DNA of 32,596 nucleotides. Origin: an uncultured Thermotogae bacterium (GTDB lineage: Bacteria; Bipolaricaulota; Bipolaricaulia; M55B111). Under the pieces are notes generated by a model, which was given only the letters and a program-made list of their open reading frames with translations, made no database searches and was not told the origin of the DNA. How positions within the stretch are numbered: position 1 is the stretch's first letter; the number at the start of each line of letters is the position of its first letter. This document shows positions 1 through 9,863 of this stretch, in pieces. The stretch lies in NCBI GenBank assembly GCA_964638365.1, contig CAZWZR010000002.1, positions 1 to 32,596 on the forward strand, given 5' to 3'. Made by a program: the position numbers and the translations under genes.

Positions 1-36
1 TCTTTAGAGTTCCATAGTGCCTAAATGGAAAATCCT

Positions 37-54
37 GGAAGGCTGAAGCCTTCC
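37..54 (-). terminator. Candidate stem-loop terminator downstream of the symporter operon
   Basis: GGAAGGC-TGAA-GCCTTCC forms a perfect 7-bp stem. On the minus strand it is followed by AGGATTTTCCATTT. It lies about 120 nt past the symporter stop codon. Confidence 0.3.
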
Positions 55-176
55 GCTACAAAAAAGTTAATTTGGAAACTTGAGGGGTCACACTACTTCA
101 AAGCGAATTTAATGGCGAGAAGGTCTTGCAGCGTTCCGATTGGGCTAGGGGTATAAAATTTACCTCTCGAACCAGT

Positions 177-1637
177 TCAACTCTCCGAAACTTCCTCCAG
201 CCTCTGGTTGACGTAATCCACGAACTCATCCGATTTATCCGGGGGCACCGTAAACAGACTTACTGTGATAAAAAGGAAGATCGTCAATAGAAATCCCCAG
301 ACGGACGGCCACCATCCGAGCGGCTTCAGGTCGGCTACGTAAAGAACCCCAGTAACGATACCGCCAACCGACATGGAAGTCACAACACCTGGCCCGGTCC
401 CCTTTTTCCAGAAAAAAGCTCCTATTAAAGCAGGGGCAGTCACTAGGAGTCCGCCTGAGGCCATGCTGGACAGAACGGCAATAAGTCCGGGCCTCAACCA
501 TGCAAAAACGATAAATACGGCAATTAAAAAGGGGATGGCCGCCTTGCCGGCGAGCAGCTGAACCCTTTCCCCCGCATCGGGAAAGACGTTTCCCATTAAA
601 TCCCTGGTAATCGAAGAACTTAGCGTGAGAGTAACCGAACCCAGAGTAGAAGTGGCGGCGGCAAAAATTCCTATGAATATTATCAAACCGAGCGGCTGCG
701 GGACTTTGGTCAACAGAACCGACATCGCCTTGTCGGCGTTTTCAAGGCCGGGCAAGAGGTTAGCCGCCTGGAACCCAAACAGAGTGCTAATAACCGTATA
801 GATAAACCCAAAAACCGAGAAGTATACTATCATCCTTTTCAGACTGGTAATCTCGTCCGGCACCAGCATTCTCTGAGACACCTGGGGGTTGGTAAGTGCA
901 AAGAACGCCCAGGGCAGAGCCAGCCCGATAAAAAGCTTCGGATCCCAGGTCAGCTCAAGCAATTCCGGATTTTCGACGGTTATAGTCCGAAAGAAGTTCC
1001 CCGGAGAACCGAAAAACTGAAAGAATATATAGAAAAGGGCAAAAAGGGAGGTGGTAAGCATCGTTATCGCCTGAAAGGCATCGGTCCAGGAAACGGACCG
1101 CATTCCGGCCCAGATGGCGGCAAACCCAGCAAACCCCGCCATGGCAAATACGCCCGTCATGTACGATATCTCCCCACCCGTTAGACCTTCGACCAGAAAG
1201 CCTATACCCATCAGCTGAATGGCTGCGTAAGGAACCAACATGACGAGAAATATTACCGATGCGACGAGACCAGCCCAGCGCGTTTCGTAACGTTGAGTCA
1301 GCAGTTCAGCCGGGGTAAGAAAATCGTACTTATTACCCGCCAGCCAGAATCGGGGCGCAAATACGGTGAGTAGCAGGACCGTAAACATCAGGTAGGTCAT
1401 TTCAAACCCAAGAGCCCCGACACCGGACTCGTACGTAAGGCCGACGAGTCCAACCAGCATGAACGCGCTGTACGTCGTCGCGCTGTAGCTTAACCCCGAT
1501 ATAAAGCCACCCAGCCTCCTACCACCCAGGAAGTACTCAGAAACCCCCTCTCCCAGACCCCGCCGGGCCATATAGGCTATAAAAATTGCAATAGCCATCC
1601 AGGAAAGCAACGAAATCCAGACGAATACGGGCTTCAA
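177..1637 (-). CDS. Sodium:solute symporter (SSS/SLC5) family transporter, substrate unknown
   Basis: 486-aa polytopic membrane ORF. The N-terminal EYFLGGRRLGG..SYSATTYSAFMLVG pattern is typical of PanF/PutP-type SSS proteins. TTG start sits 2 nt after the stop of the upstream small ORF. Confidence 0.88.
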   Translation of the reverse strand: MKPVFVWISLLSWMAIAIFIAYMARRGLGEGVSEYFLGGRRLGGFISGLSYSATTYSAFMLVGLVGLTYESGVGALGFEMTYLMFTVLLLTVFAPRFWLAGNKYDFLTPAELLTQRYETRWAGLVASVIFLVMLVPYAAIQLMGIGFLVEGLTGGEISYMTGVFAMAGFAGFAAIWAGMRSVSWTDAFQAITMLTTSLFALFYIFFQFFGSPGNFFRTITVENPELLELTWDPKLFIGLALPWAFFALTNPQVSQRMLVPDEITSLKRMIVYFSVFGFIYTVISTLFGFQAANLLPGLENADKAMSVLLTKVPQPLGLIIFIGIFAAATSTLGSVTLTLSSSITRDLMGNVFPDAGERVQLLAGKAAIPFLIAVFIVFAWLRPGLIAVLSSMASGGLLVTAPALIGAFFWKKGTGPGVVTSMSVGGIVTGVLYVADLKPLGWWPSVWGFLLTIFLFITVSLFTVPPDKSDEFVDYVNQRLEEVSES

Positions 1638-1639
1638 TG

Positions 1640-1828
1640 TTATTTCCCCCAGGTATTTTTGATGTAAAGAGAACCGGCTGCTATCACGGTTAACGTCAGA
1701 AGGCTCCAGAAAAGGTAACTTGCCAGAAAGCTGGATACGTCATCCAGCAGGTAAAAAGGCACGAAAAAATTGAGCAGGGCAAGGACAGTGAAAATCAGAA
1801 AAAAGGTCTTTCCGCTCAAGTGTTTTCA
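1640..1828 (-). CDS. Small two-TM membrane protein, probable accessory partner of the symporter
   Basis: Hand translation, not in the supplied ORF track: GTG start, 62 aa, VKTLERKDLFLIFTVLALLNFFVPFYLLDDVSSFLASYLFWSLLTLTVIAAGSLYIKNTWGK. It has two hydrophobic helices and an AGGA 8 nt upstream. Its stop lies 2 nt before the symporter start. The arrangement matches the small proteins (DUF3311/YhdT-type) often encoded just upstream of SSS transporters. Confidence 0.5.
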
Positions 1829-1853
1829 CCCCGAATCCTAAAAATAAGATCGA

Positions 1854-1882
1854 GTAATTATACAGTTGATTAATGTATAATT
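1854..1882. promoter_or_regulatory. Perfect 10-bp inverted repeat (candidate operator) overlapping the symporter-operon promoter
   Basis: TAATTATACA-N9-TGTATAATTA. The minus-strand TATAAT (1856-1861) sits 28 nt upstream of the GTG of the small ORF. A poor TTTAAT -35 lies 17 nt further upstream. Confidence 0.4.
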
Positions 1883-2011
1883 AAACAAAAGTCACGGAAG
1901 GAGGGATATCGGTTTCCCCCGGAGAAAAATCAAATATTTGTGAAAGAGAATCCTGCGCGTGACTGCAAAGCTTGGGGATTATTTCCGGGGTGAGAACTAT
2001 TAAAGAGGGTA

Positions 2012-3223
2012 TCAGGAAACTGTTTTTACGGCTTCGGCAATCCGATTCAGCCCCTCCTCCAGGATCTCCCGAGGACAGGCAAAGTTGAGTCTGAGAAACC
2101 CTTTTCCGCCGGGCCCAAACCAGGAACCAAAATCAAGGCCCACTTTTGCTTCTTCAAGGATCAGCTCTTCCAGTTCGTCGGAGCCCAAACCAAGCCCCCG
2201 GAAATCCATCCATAACAGCGTCGTTCCTTCCGGCTTTACCGGTTGTATCCTCGGAGTCTCCGATTTGAGAAACCTCAAGGCATAGTCACGGTTTGACTCG
2301 AGGTAAACGAGCTGGTCTTCCAGCCACGGCTCTCCATCCTGGTAGGCCGCAACAAGTGATTCGAGCCCAAAGACACTTGGGCCGTTCAACAGTTTATCGC
2401 TGGCCCGCTTGAACCGCTTTCTCATACCCTCGTCCGGAATAACCGCGATCGAGGCAGGTAATCCGGCCGTATTAAAGGCCTTGCTCGGTGAGGTAAGAGT
2501 AATAGAGTTCCCCGCAAATTCTCGAGACAGGGAAGCAAATGGGAGGTAATCCTTATTCCCGTAAACGAACTCCGAATGGATTTCGTCGGAAACTACCAGG
2601 AGGTCGTTCTCCAGGCAAATCCGTCCCAGTTTTTCCAGCTCCTCCCTATCCCAGACCCTACCTACGGGATTATGGGGGTTACACAGGATCATGGTGGTCG
2701 GGGTGGGTTCAGCGGGAAAAGGATCTCCGCCGGGGTGACATAGGTTTTCCAGTTCCTCGTAATTCATGCGATAACTACCATCATCAAACAGTAGCTGGTT
2801 GCTCAATATCTGGGCACCGCCATACCGCACGGAATCGAAGAAAGGGTAATAAACGGGGGGCTGAAGGACTACGCCATCTCCCGTGTCGGTCAAGCTACTG
2901 ATAACTACTCTGAGAGAGGGGACGACGCCGTTACCGTAGACAAGCCATTCCGGCTCGACTTCCCAGTCATGTCTTTTCTCAAACCACTTCTGAACAAGAT
3001 GATCGGTTTCGGAATCGGGGTCAGTGTAACCAAAAACCCCATGTTCTGCTCTCTTCTCGAGAGCTTCGATTATCGGTTCCGCCGTCCGCCAATCCGAATC
3101 GGCAACCCACATCGGCAGAACATCCGACCTGCCAAACACGTCCTCTCGGTTATCCCATTTAACTGACCGCGTCCCCGTACGATCTACGCATTCGTTAAAC
3201 CTTTTAAACTTTTCCTCATCCAT
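2012..3223 (-). CDS. PLP-dependent aminotransferase class I/II, PatB/MalY-type C-S lyase (cystathionine beta-lyase-like)
   Basis: 403 aa. SPSKAFNTAGL motif carries the PLP lysine. NPHNPVGRVW and VVSDEIHSEF motifs are typical of the MalY/PatB subfamily. GGAGA RBS. Confidence 0.85.
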   Translation of the reverse strand: MDEEKFKRFNECVDRTGTRSVKWDNREDVFGRSDVLPMWVADSDWRTAEPIIEALEKRAEHGVFGYTDPDSETDHLVQKWFEKRHDWEVEPEWLVYGNGVVPSLRVVISSLTDTGDGVVLQPPVYYPFFDSVRYGGAQILSNQLLFDDGSYRMNYEELENLCHPGGDPFPAEPTPTTMILCNPHNPVGRVWDREELEKLGRICLENDLLVVSDEIHSEFVYGNKDYLPFASLSREFAGNSITLTSPSKAFNTAGLPASIAVIPDEGMRKRFKRASDKLLNGPSVFGLESLVAAYQDGEPWLEDQLVYLESNRDYALRFLKSETPRIQPVKPEGTTLLWMDFRGLGLGSDELEELILEEAKVGLDFGSWFGPGGKGFLRLNFACPREILEEGLNRIAEAVKTVS

Positions 3224-3311
3224 ATTGAATCTCCATCATCCAGCTGTTTATGTACCAGATAGATTAGGTAGCCGGGAAGAGCAGGGGCACAGCACGTATC
3301 TTTATTTCCCC

Positions 3312-3734
3312 TCAGTCACCGTAAGTTTCGGCTCGAAGCTTTTCACCTATTTCGGCTAGCTCACTTTCACCTTCTCCTTTGACGATGGAGTGAAGAGAGC
3401 CTCCACCGTCATCGTGGTAGCGCGGGATAACGTGTACGTGAGTATGCGGTATTGCCTGCCCGGCGGCTTCTCCGTCATTGATTCCTATGTTAGTGCCGTC
3501 CGCTTCCAGGCCGGCCATTACCGCCTCATTTATCTCTTTAACAATCGCAAACATCCCCGTTGCCACTTCTTCCGTCAGGTCGGAAAACCTTTCAAAATGC
3601 TCCTTCGGGACTACCACCGTATGCCCATCCGCCAGGGGATTGGCGTCGAGGAAGCCCAGGGCGTAATCGTTCTCAAAGACGATCTCGGCATCTATATCTC
3701 CTTTAACTATGCTACAGAATATACAATCGGACAT
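3312..3734 (-). CDS. HIT-family (histidine triad) nucleotide hydrolase/transferase
   Basis: HTHVHVIP histidine-triad motif and an N-terminal CIFC motif. I prefer the ATG at 3734 (MSDCIFCSIV) over the longer track ORF, which would overlap tyrS. Confidence 0.85.
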   Translation of the reverse strand: MSDCIFCSIVKGDIDAEIVFENDYALGFLDANPLADGHTVVVPKEHFERFSDLTEEVATGMFAIVKEINEAVMAGLEADGTNIGINDGEAAGQAIPHTHVHVIPRYHDDGGGSLHSIVKGEGESELAEIGEKLRAETYGD

Positions 3735-3756
3735 ATTAATCACCCACCGATGTAAA

Positions 3757-4965
3757 TTAGTCCTCTTCGGGAACCATTCTGGCAAACTTCTTCTTGCCGA
3801 CCTGCAGGACCTTCCCTTCTTCCACGTCCGGATCGAAATCCACCTCGGTTACTTTCTCACCGTTTAACGTCACGCCACCCTGGTCAATCAATCTCCTCGC
3901 CTCAGACCGGCTGGAAACGAACCCGGAAAGCTCAAGCAGGTCGATAATCCATATAGTCCCGTCGTCCTTTATTTCGGCTTTCGGTATCCGGAGTTCATGG
4001 AGGTCTTCCGGAACTTCGTCCTGTTCAAATACCCGTTCGAATTCTTCCTCGGCGTGCGAGGCCTCCACGTCGGAGTAAATATTTCCGACGATTTCGCGCG
4101 CCAGCTTCTTTTTCCTTTCCTTTGGGTGTAAATCCTTTACTTCCCCAGTGGATATATCCGTTAACAGTTCGAAATATTCATCCATCGTTTCGTCATCAAT
4201 CGACATTAACTTACCATAGATCGTCTCGGGGTCCTCGTTTATCCCGATATAATTTCCGCGAGTCTGACTCATCGCCCTGCTCCCGTCCGTGCCGGTCAAA
4301 AGCGGGACGGTCAAAACGATCTGGGGGTTCTGATCGAATTCCCTCTGGATATGCCGACCGACAATCAGGTTGAACCGCTGGTCTGCGCCGCCCAGCTCGA
4401 TATCAGCGTCAACTGCAACGGAATCGTAGGCCTGGGCCAGAGGGTAAAGGAACTCAAGGATGGAAATTGGCTTGTTTGATTCGTACCGGTTGGCAAAATC
4501 GTCCCGTTCGAGCATTCGGGCCACGGTGTACTTGGAAGTCAGCTCTATAATGTCTTCAAACCCGAGCTTGCCAAGCCATTCGGAGTTATAGCGGAACTCC
4601 GTCTTTTCCGGGTTGAGTATCCGAAATACCTGGGTCTCGTAATCCTTCATATTCTCCTCTATCTCCTTTGCACCCATGATCTCCCTGGTCTCGGATCGGC
4701 CCGACGGGTCCCCGATTCTCCTGGTAAAATCTCCGACCACCATAACTGCCCGGTGACCGAGATCCTGCAGCTGCCTCAGCTTACGCAGTACGACTGCATG
4801 GCCGAGCGTGAGATCGGACGAAGAGGGGTCGACACCGAGCTTGACCCTGAGCGGACGTTCCTCCTCTTCCGCCAGTTGGAGCTTCTCCGCCAGCTCTTCC
4901 TCCGGTATCAGATCGGCCGTTCCCGTCCTTATCTTCTCAATTTCTTCCCGAAAATCTTCTTCCAT
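3757..4965 (-). CDS. tyrS: Tyrosyl-tRNA synthetase
   Basis: 402 aa class I aaRS. It has a HIGH-like LTLGHAV, a KMSKS-position AMSQT loop, and a C-terminal S4-like domain (SRSEARRLIDQGGVTLNGEKV). GGAGG RBS. Confidence 0.93.
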   Translation of the reverse strand: MEEDFREEIEKIRTGTADLIPEEELAEKLQLAEEEERPLRVKLGVDPSSSDLTLGHAVVLRKLRQLQDLGHRAVMVVGDFTRRIGDPSGRSETREIMGAKEIEENMKDYETQVFRILNPEKTEFRYNSEWLGKLGFEDIIELTSKYTVARMLERDDFANRYESNKPISILEFLYPLAQAYDSVAVDADIELGGADQRFNLIVGRHIQREFDQNPQIVLTVPLLTGTDGSRAMSQTRGNYIGINEDPETIYGKLMSIDDETMDEYFELLTDISTGEVKDLHPKERKKKLAREIVGNIYSDVEASHAEEEFERVFEQDEVPEDLHELRIPKAEIKDDGTIWIIDLLELSGFVSSRSEARRLIDQGGVTLNGEKVTEVDFDPDVEEGKVLQVGKKKFARMVPEED

Positions 4966-4993
4966 TCCTGAACAACCTCCATTAATTTTGAAT

Positions 4994-7399
4994 TTATATG
5001 ACTGTAACCGTTGAAATCAGGTCGAACTCATCTAATTCCATCAGTTTTACTCCCTGGGCATAACGCTGGAACTGACTTATGTCGTCGATATTCAACCTTA
5101 TGGCCTGACCGCCTTCGCTGTAGAGCATGACTTCCTCTCCCCGTTCCAGCAGCTTGACGTCCCTCAGGCCGTCGTTCTCTTCGAGCTTGATTCCCAGGTT
5201 ACCTTTGCCCGATCTTCCCTGAGAGTTAAACTCGCTCAGAGGGACTTTCTTCCCCTTGCCCGTCTCGGTAACGAACAGCAACATCGGGTCCCTATCCAGA
5301 CTCTTCGGGCTTACTGACTCGACGCTAACTACCTGGTCGCCGGGCTCCAGACCAATTCCTCTAACGCCTTTTGATGGCCTCTGCGTTGATCTCAGTTCCT
5401 CTTCCATGAACCGGATAACCTGACCCTCACGGGTTGCCATAACTATTTCGCCTTCTCCGTGACTCAGATCCACGGAACTTATGGAATCACCGCTTTCGGT
5501 GTTCAGGCTACGGATTCCGCTTATATGAGCTGAAGAGAAGTCCTCCATCGGGTTCTTTACTACGTAGCCCCCCTTCGTCGCCATCAGGCAGAAGCCGTCA
5601 CCTTTAAACTCGTCCCCGTCGACGTTTAATACCTCGTTGACGATTTCATCGTCGGACAGATCGAGGATCTCTGCCAGTCTCTCCCCTCTCGAATCCCTGC
5701 GGGAAGTCGGGAGCTTATAGGTTTTTACCTTATAGATCTTCTCCTGATCCGTAAATACCAGCGTTTCGTTCCGCGAGTTCCCGCTCGCTCCAACGGTAAT
5801 CCTGTCGTCCTCTTCCAGATCCATGCAGATAACGCCTTTGCCGCCTCTGTTCTGGGTCTTGTAACCGCTCCTCTTGGGAGCATTGACGTAACCGTTCTCG
5901 GTCACCTGAACTACGACGCTGTGGTCCGGCACGAGTTTCTCCGCGTCGACTTCTTCGACCTTCTCCGTTATCAGGCTCCTCCGCTCGTCCCCGTACTCGT
6001 CTTTGATTTCCCTGAGTTCGTCCTTGATGATCTCGTCGAGCTTTAAAGTCGAAGAGAGAATCTCCCTGTATTCTTCTATGTATTCCCGTTTCTCCGCGAG
6101 TTCGTTCTCCACTTTCTCCCTCTCCAGGCTCGTCAGACGCCCGAGCTGAGTTTTCAGGATGGCGTTGGCCTGCTCTTTGGAAAAGGAGAACCTCTCAATC
6201 AGGTTTTCCCTCGCTTCATCCCTCGTATCCGCGTCCCGAATCAACTTTATGACCAGGTCCGTGCTATCGAGCGCGACCTGCAGCCCCTCTAGTATGTGCG
6301 CGCGGCTTTCGGCCTTTTCCAGCCTGTATTCCGTCCTTCTCTCTACAATGGACCGCCTGAAGTCTATGAATGCGTTGAGTATTTCCTTCAGGGATAGCCT
6401 TCGCGGGTTACCGTCGATGATAACGGTCATGTTGGCACCGTATGTCTTTTCCAGAGGGGTATACTTGAAGAGCCGATTCAAAACCACCTCGGGTTCGGTG
6501 CCCCGCTTTAGCTTGATCACCACTCTGAGCCCCTCTCGATCCGATTCGTCCCTGACGTCCGTAATCCCTTCGATGGTTTCGTCCTTGGCCTTCTCGGCAA
6601 TCCTCTCTATGATCGTCGACTTCTTGATCTGAAACGGTATCTCCGTAACTACGATGTTATTGCCTTCTATCTGTGTCTTGGCCCTCATCCGAACCCGGCC
6701 CTTACCCGAACGATAGGCTTCTTTTATACCTTCCCTGCCCAATATTATCGCCCCGGTCGGGAAATCAGGCCCTTTGATGTATTTCATCAACTCGTCCAGC
6801 GAAGCTTCCGGGTTATCGATCAGATAGATCAACCCTTCGACGAGTTCAGTGAGGTTGTGCGGCGGTACCTTGGTTGTCATCCCAACCGATATCCCCCAGG
6901 CTCCGTTGAGCAGTAACCCTGGAACTTTTGCGGGCAAAATAGTCGGTTCTTCCAGGGAGTCGTCGAAGTTAGGGGTAAAGTCAACCGTGTCTTCGTCAAG
7001 CTCTTCCAGGAAGGTTTCACTTATCGGGGACAGCCTGGCCTCAGTATACCTCATCGCCGCCTGAGAATCCCCGTCTATAGACCCGAAATTACCCTGTCCA
7101 TCTATCAGTGGATAGCGGAAGGAAAACTCCTGCGCCATATTTACCATCGTATCGTAAACGGCTATATCGCCGTGCGGATGGTACTTACCAAGCACCTCCC
7201 CAACTATCCTTGCCGATTTCTTATGAGCTCCGTCCGAATAGAGCCCGAGCTCGTCCAGGGCATATAAGATCCTGCGCTGAGCCGGCTTCAACCCGTCCCG
7301 GACGTCCGGTATGGCCCGGCCCCGGATTACGCTCATTGCGTAATTTATATAGGACTCTTCCATCTCTTCTTCAATATAGGCGGTCTTTACTTCGCTCAT
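4994..7399 (-). CDS. gyrA: DNA gyrase subunit A
   Basis: 801 aa. Contains [27 protein letters not shown] and the active-site Tyr motif [10 protein letters not shown]. The C-terminal region has beta-pinwheel repeats. AGGAGA RBS. Confidence 0.97.
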   Translation of the reverse strand: MSEVKTAYIEEEMEESYINYAMSVIRGRAIPDVRDGLKPAQRRILYALDELGLYSDGAHKKSARIVGEVLGKYHPHGDIAVYDTMVNMAQEFSFRYPLIDGQGNFGSIDGDSQAAMRYTEARLSPISETFLEELDEDTVDFTPNFDDSLEEPTILPAKVPGLLLNGAWGISVGMTTKVPPHNLTELVEGLIYLIDNPEASLDELMKYIKGPDFPTGAIILGREGIKEAYRSGKGRVRMRAKTQIEGNNIVVTEIPFQIKKSTIIERIAEKAKDETIEGITDVRDESDREGLRVVIKLKRGTEPEVVLNRLFKYTPLEKTYGANMTVIIDGNPRRLSLKEILNAFIDFRRSIVERRTEYRLEKAESRAHILEGLQVALDSTDLVIKLIRDADTRDEARENLIERFSFSKEQANAILKTQLGRLTSLEREKVENELAEKREYIEEYREILSSTLKLDEIIKDELREIKDEYGDERRSLITEKVEEVDAEKLVPDHSVVVQVTENGYVNAPKRSGYKTQNRGGKGVICMDLEEDDRITVGASGNSRNETLVFTDQEKIYKVKTYKLPTSRRDSRGERLAEILDLSDDEIVNEVLNVDGDEFKGDGFCLMATKGGYVVKNPMEDFSSAHISGIRSLNTESGDSISSVDLSHGEGEIVMATREGQVIRFMEEELRSTQRPSKGVRGIGLEPGDQVVSVESVSPKSLDRDPMLLFVTETGKGKKVPLSEFNSQGRSGKGNLGIKLEENDGLRDVKLLERGEEVMLYSEGGQAIRLNIDDISQFQRYAQGVKLMELDEFDLISTVTVI

Positions 7400-7429
7400 T
7401 TTTTTCTCCTGTGTTGATTGGATTGTTTA

Positions 7430-7458
7430 ATATTAGCTTTTTCGGGGTAATAACTCAA
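7430..7458 (-). promoter_or_regulatory. Candidate sigma70-type promoter of gyrA
   Basis: The minus strand reads TTGAGT-17 nt-TAATAT. The -10 ends about 30 nt upstream of the gyrA ATG and precedes the AGGAGA RBS. Confidence 0.4.
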
Positions 7459-7721
7459 GGAAAATTAGTCCTAATGGGACGTTAAGAGAATTACGGGGGG
7501 TAATTGGGCATGTAGATCTTCCCTTACCTTAACCCCCAGTCTCCCCGCATGAATTTCCACTGGAGCCCTGCTCCCCACTGTCAACTAATTTGGGTAATCT
7601 GTAAAATTAGAACAAGCTAGGAGAAATAATTACCGAAGATTAATTTCCCGGAAACAGGGGACTCCGTACTGAGGGGAGCTTGGAACGCCATGTGGTGAAC
7701 TTTAAAATCGTAATCTACCCG

Positions 7722-9584
7722 TCAAACCTGCCTCTCTTCCTGACTGGGAAACTCCATGGCCGATATGAATTTATCCGTGAAGTCAGTCCGAAATGAGAGT
7801 TCGATATAGTCGATATCCCGAGAGAGTTCTTCTACTTCTCGTTGTTTTTTCTGACTGATCAGTGCGAGCTTTGCACCCTGACCGGCGGCGTTACCAACGG
7901 GTACGATCTTGCCTGGATCGATTTGGGGCAGAACACCGATCCTTAGGATGTTTTCCTTCCTGAGGTAGTTACCGAAGGCACCGGCCAGGAAGACCCGATC
8001 GATATCATCCGCCGAAGCTTCGAACTCTTCCAGCATGATGTCTATCCCCGCTTTAATTGCTCCTTTCGCCAGCTGGACCTCCCTGATGTCCTCCTGCGTT
8101 ACGAATACCGGGTTACTATCCACGTGAAGCCAGAAGGCCTTTTCATCTCCAATATCCACCATGCGGTTCCCGAGAGGATTGATGGTCGGACGGGAAAGCC
8201 GTGACCGATCAGCAGCTATGTTGCCCTTCTCCTGAATAAGTCCGGCCTTCAACAATTCCCCAACCGTGTCGACGATGCCCGAGCCGCATAAACCCTGCGG
8301 GGTTCCATTATTCACGACCTCGATATCCAGCTGGCCTTCCTCGTCGATCGTCACGTGGGAAATGGCCCCGGTCCTGGCAGTCATACCCTGTTCGATATTC
8401 GCCCCTTCGAAAGCAGGCCCGGCCGCGGTGGAAGCAGCAACGATCTTGTTCCGGTTTCCGAGCACCATCTCACCATTGGTTCCGATGTCAACGAGCAGGT
8501 TGAGCTTGTCCGATTTGTGCATGCCCGTATGGAGGATACCCGCCGTTATATCCGCCCCGACGTAGCCGGCCAGCGAGGGCAACAAAACCAGGCGGCCTCT
8601 CGGATGAACATCCACTCCAAGCTCCTCTGCCTTCAGCTTCTGAGACCGGGTAAAGCCCGGTATATAGGGTGCTTGATCCATTCTTGTCGGATCAACACCG
8701 GCAAGGAGGTGGAGCATGATGGTATTTCCGACGAAAGTCGCCCGGTAAATATCGTCCGTATCTATTCTCTCTGCATCTGCAAACTCCTCTACCAGCTCGT
8801 TTATCGAGTGAATGATCTCTTCCTGAAGGCGCTCCAGCCCATCGTCGTGTTCCCGGACGTACTTAATGCGCGAGACAACGTCAGCGCCGTACTTACCCTG
8901 AGGGTTTTCTCTCGAATTCACGTCAAGTGTCTCACCGGTGTCAAGGTCGAGACCGTAGCCCGCTACCGTGGTGGTGCCGATGTCAAACGCCATCCCGTAG
9001 GATTCGTACCGTTTATCGCTGGGCTTGATGGAAAGAAGACTTCGTCCCGGCCTATCTACAGTAGCAGAAACTGAAAATTCGTTCCTCCGGAGCTTTTCCG
9101 GCAGGTTTTTAAGCAGTTCGAGCGGGACTTCCAGTTCTCCACCCAGACCATCGACGAGCCTAGTGGAATCGGAACGCTGATCCTCCCGACCCGGCTCTTC
9201 CAGTTCCAGTAACTTCCGTTCTATTCCGCTGTCGGGTTGCACGTCGGTAAGCTGTTCGTCCATCTTAGCCTTGGCAGTTGCCTCTTCCTCGGAACCCTGG
9301 ATGGAAGGAAGGTCCAGTACCATGTCCGAGTCGACCTCTACCCGGCAGGAAAGCCTCATTCCACGCTGGATTTCCTCTTCCGAAAAGAACTCCTCCTCGG
9401 AGTCAGTAGGTGGCCCCGCTCCCTCCAGGATCCGAACTCTGCACTTTCCACAGAGCCCCATTCCACCACAGAGGCTCGGCACCTCGTAGCCACCTTCGTG
9501 CAGGACTTCCAGCAGGTCCGCTCCCGCTTCGGCAGTCAATTTAGTTCCGTCGTTTTCGATTACTAACTCGTATTGTTCTGGCAT
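7722..9584 (-). CDS. 2Fe-2S ferredoxin domain fused to an ASKHA-fold ATPase (RACo-like corrinoid activation protein, DUF4445-type)
   Basis: N-terminal plant-type ferredoxin cysteines (SLCGGMGLCGKCRV...LSCRV). These are followed by an actin/sugar-kinase-like region (AFDIGTTTVAGY, LVDIGTNGE, AGAFGNY). I prefer the ATG at 9584 (MPEQYEL), which follows AAAGGAGA, over the GVG-extended track start at 9599. Confidence 0.8.
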   Translation of the reverse strand: MPEQYELVIENDGTKLTAEAGADLLEVLHEGGYEVPSLCGGMGLCGKCRVRILEGAGPPTDSEEEFFSEEEIQRGMRLSCRVEVDSDMVLDLPSIQGSEEEATAKAKMDEQLTDVQPDSGIERKLLELEEPGREDQRSDSTRLVDGLGGELEVPLELLKNLPEKLRRNEFSVSATVDRPGRSLLSIKPSDKRYESYGMAFDIGTTTVAGYGLDLDTGETLDVNSRENPQGKYGADVVSRIKYVREHDDGLERLQEEIIHSINELVEEFADAERIDTDDIYRATFVGNTIMLHLLAGVDPTRMDQAPYIPGFTRSQKLKAEELGVDVHPRGRLVLLPSLAGYVGADITAGILHTGMHKSDKLNLLVDIGTNGEMVLGNRNKIVAASTAAGPAFEGANIEQGMTARTGAISHVTIDEEGQLDIEVVNNGTPQGLCGSGIVDTVGELLKAGLIQEKGNIAADRSRLSRPTINPLGNRMVDIGDEKAFWLHVDSNPVFVTQEDIREVQLAKGAIKAGIDIMLEEFEASADDIDRVFLAGAFGNYLRKENILRIGVLPQIDPGKIVPVGNAAGQGAKLALISQKKQREVEELSRDIDYIELSFRTDFTDKFISAMEFPSQEERQV

Positions 9585-9863
9585 TGTTCTCCTTTTCACC
9601 AGGGTGATTTAAAACCCCTAGCGGGTTTCTCAATCAAATAAATATTTCTTTAACCAATTAAAATTTAACGGGATACGGGATAACTTCAAGTTTATTTTCG
9701 AATATTTTAAAAGTTATGAATATTTCAAAATCGCTTAAGGTCTTTTTAGAGGGGGAGTTGGATTTCGACAGACCATTCAGATCTCACACAGGTTCAACCG
9801 GTAACTTCCGGGGATCTCTCGCCTGTACATTTAACTTCCGGAATAAAATCACAGCTTCACCTT

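Noticed and set aside
7490-7560. A possible fifth, degenerate copy of the hairpin element (CCTTACCTTAACCCCCAGTCTCCCC).
   Set aside because: It shares only a short ACCTTAA..CCCCC string and has no complementary G-rich arm nearby. The similarity is too weak to count as a copy.
8355-9074. Long antisense ORFs opposite real genes, including 8355-9074 (+), 6159-6632 (+), 12040-12489 (+), 12550-13005 (+), 30383-30838 (-), 30703-31143 (-) and 27103-27609 (+).
   Set aside because: Each lies wholly inside a confidently identified gene on the other strand. Their compositions are low-complexity and rich in S, R and P. They have no RBS and no recognisable motifs. These are shadow ORFs.
9678-9689. The 12-mer GGATAACTTCAA shared by two promoter-region spacers (9678 and 29949).
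   Set aside because: In a 32.6-kb window, some tens of exact 12-mer coincidences are expected by chance. Similarity does not extend beyond the flanks.
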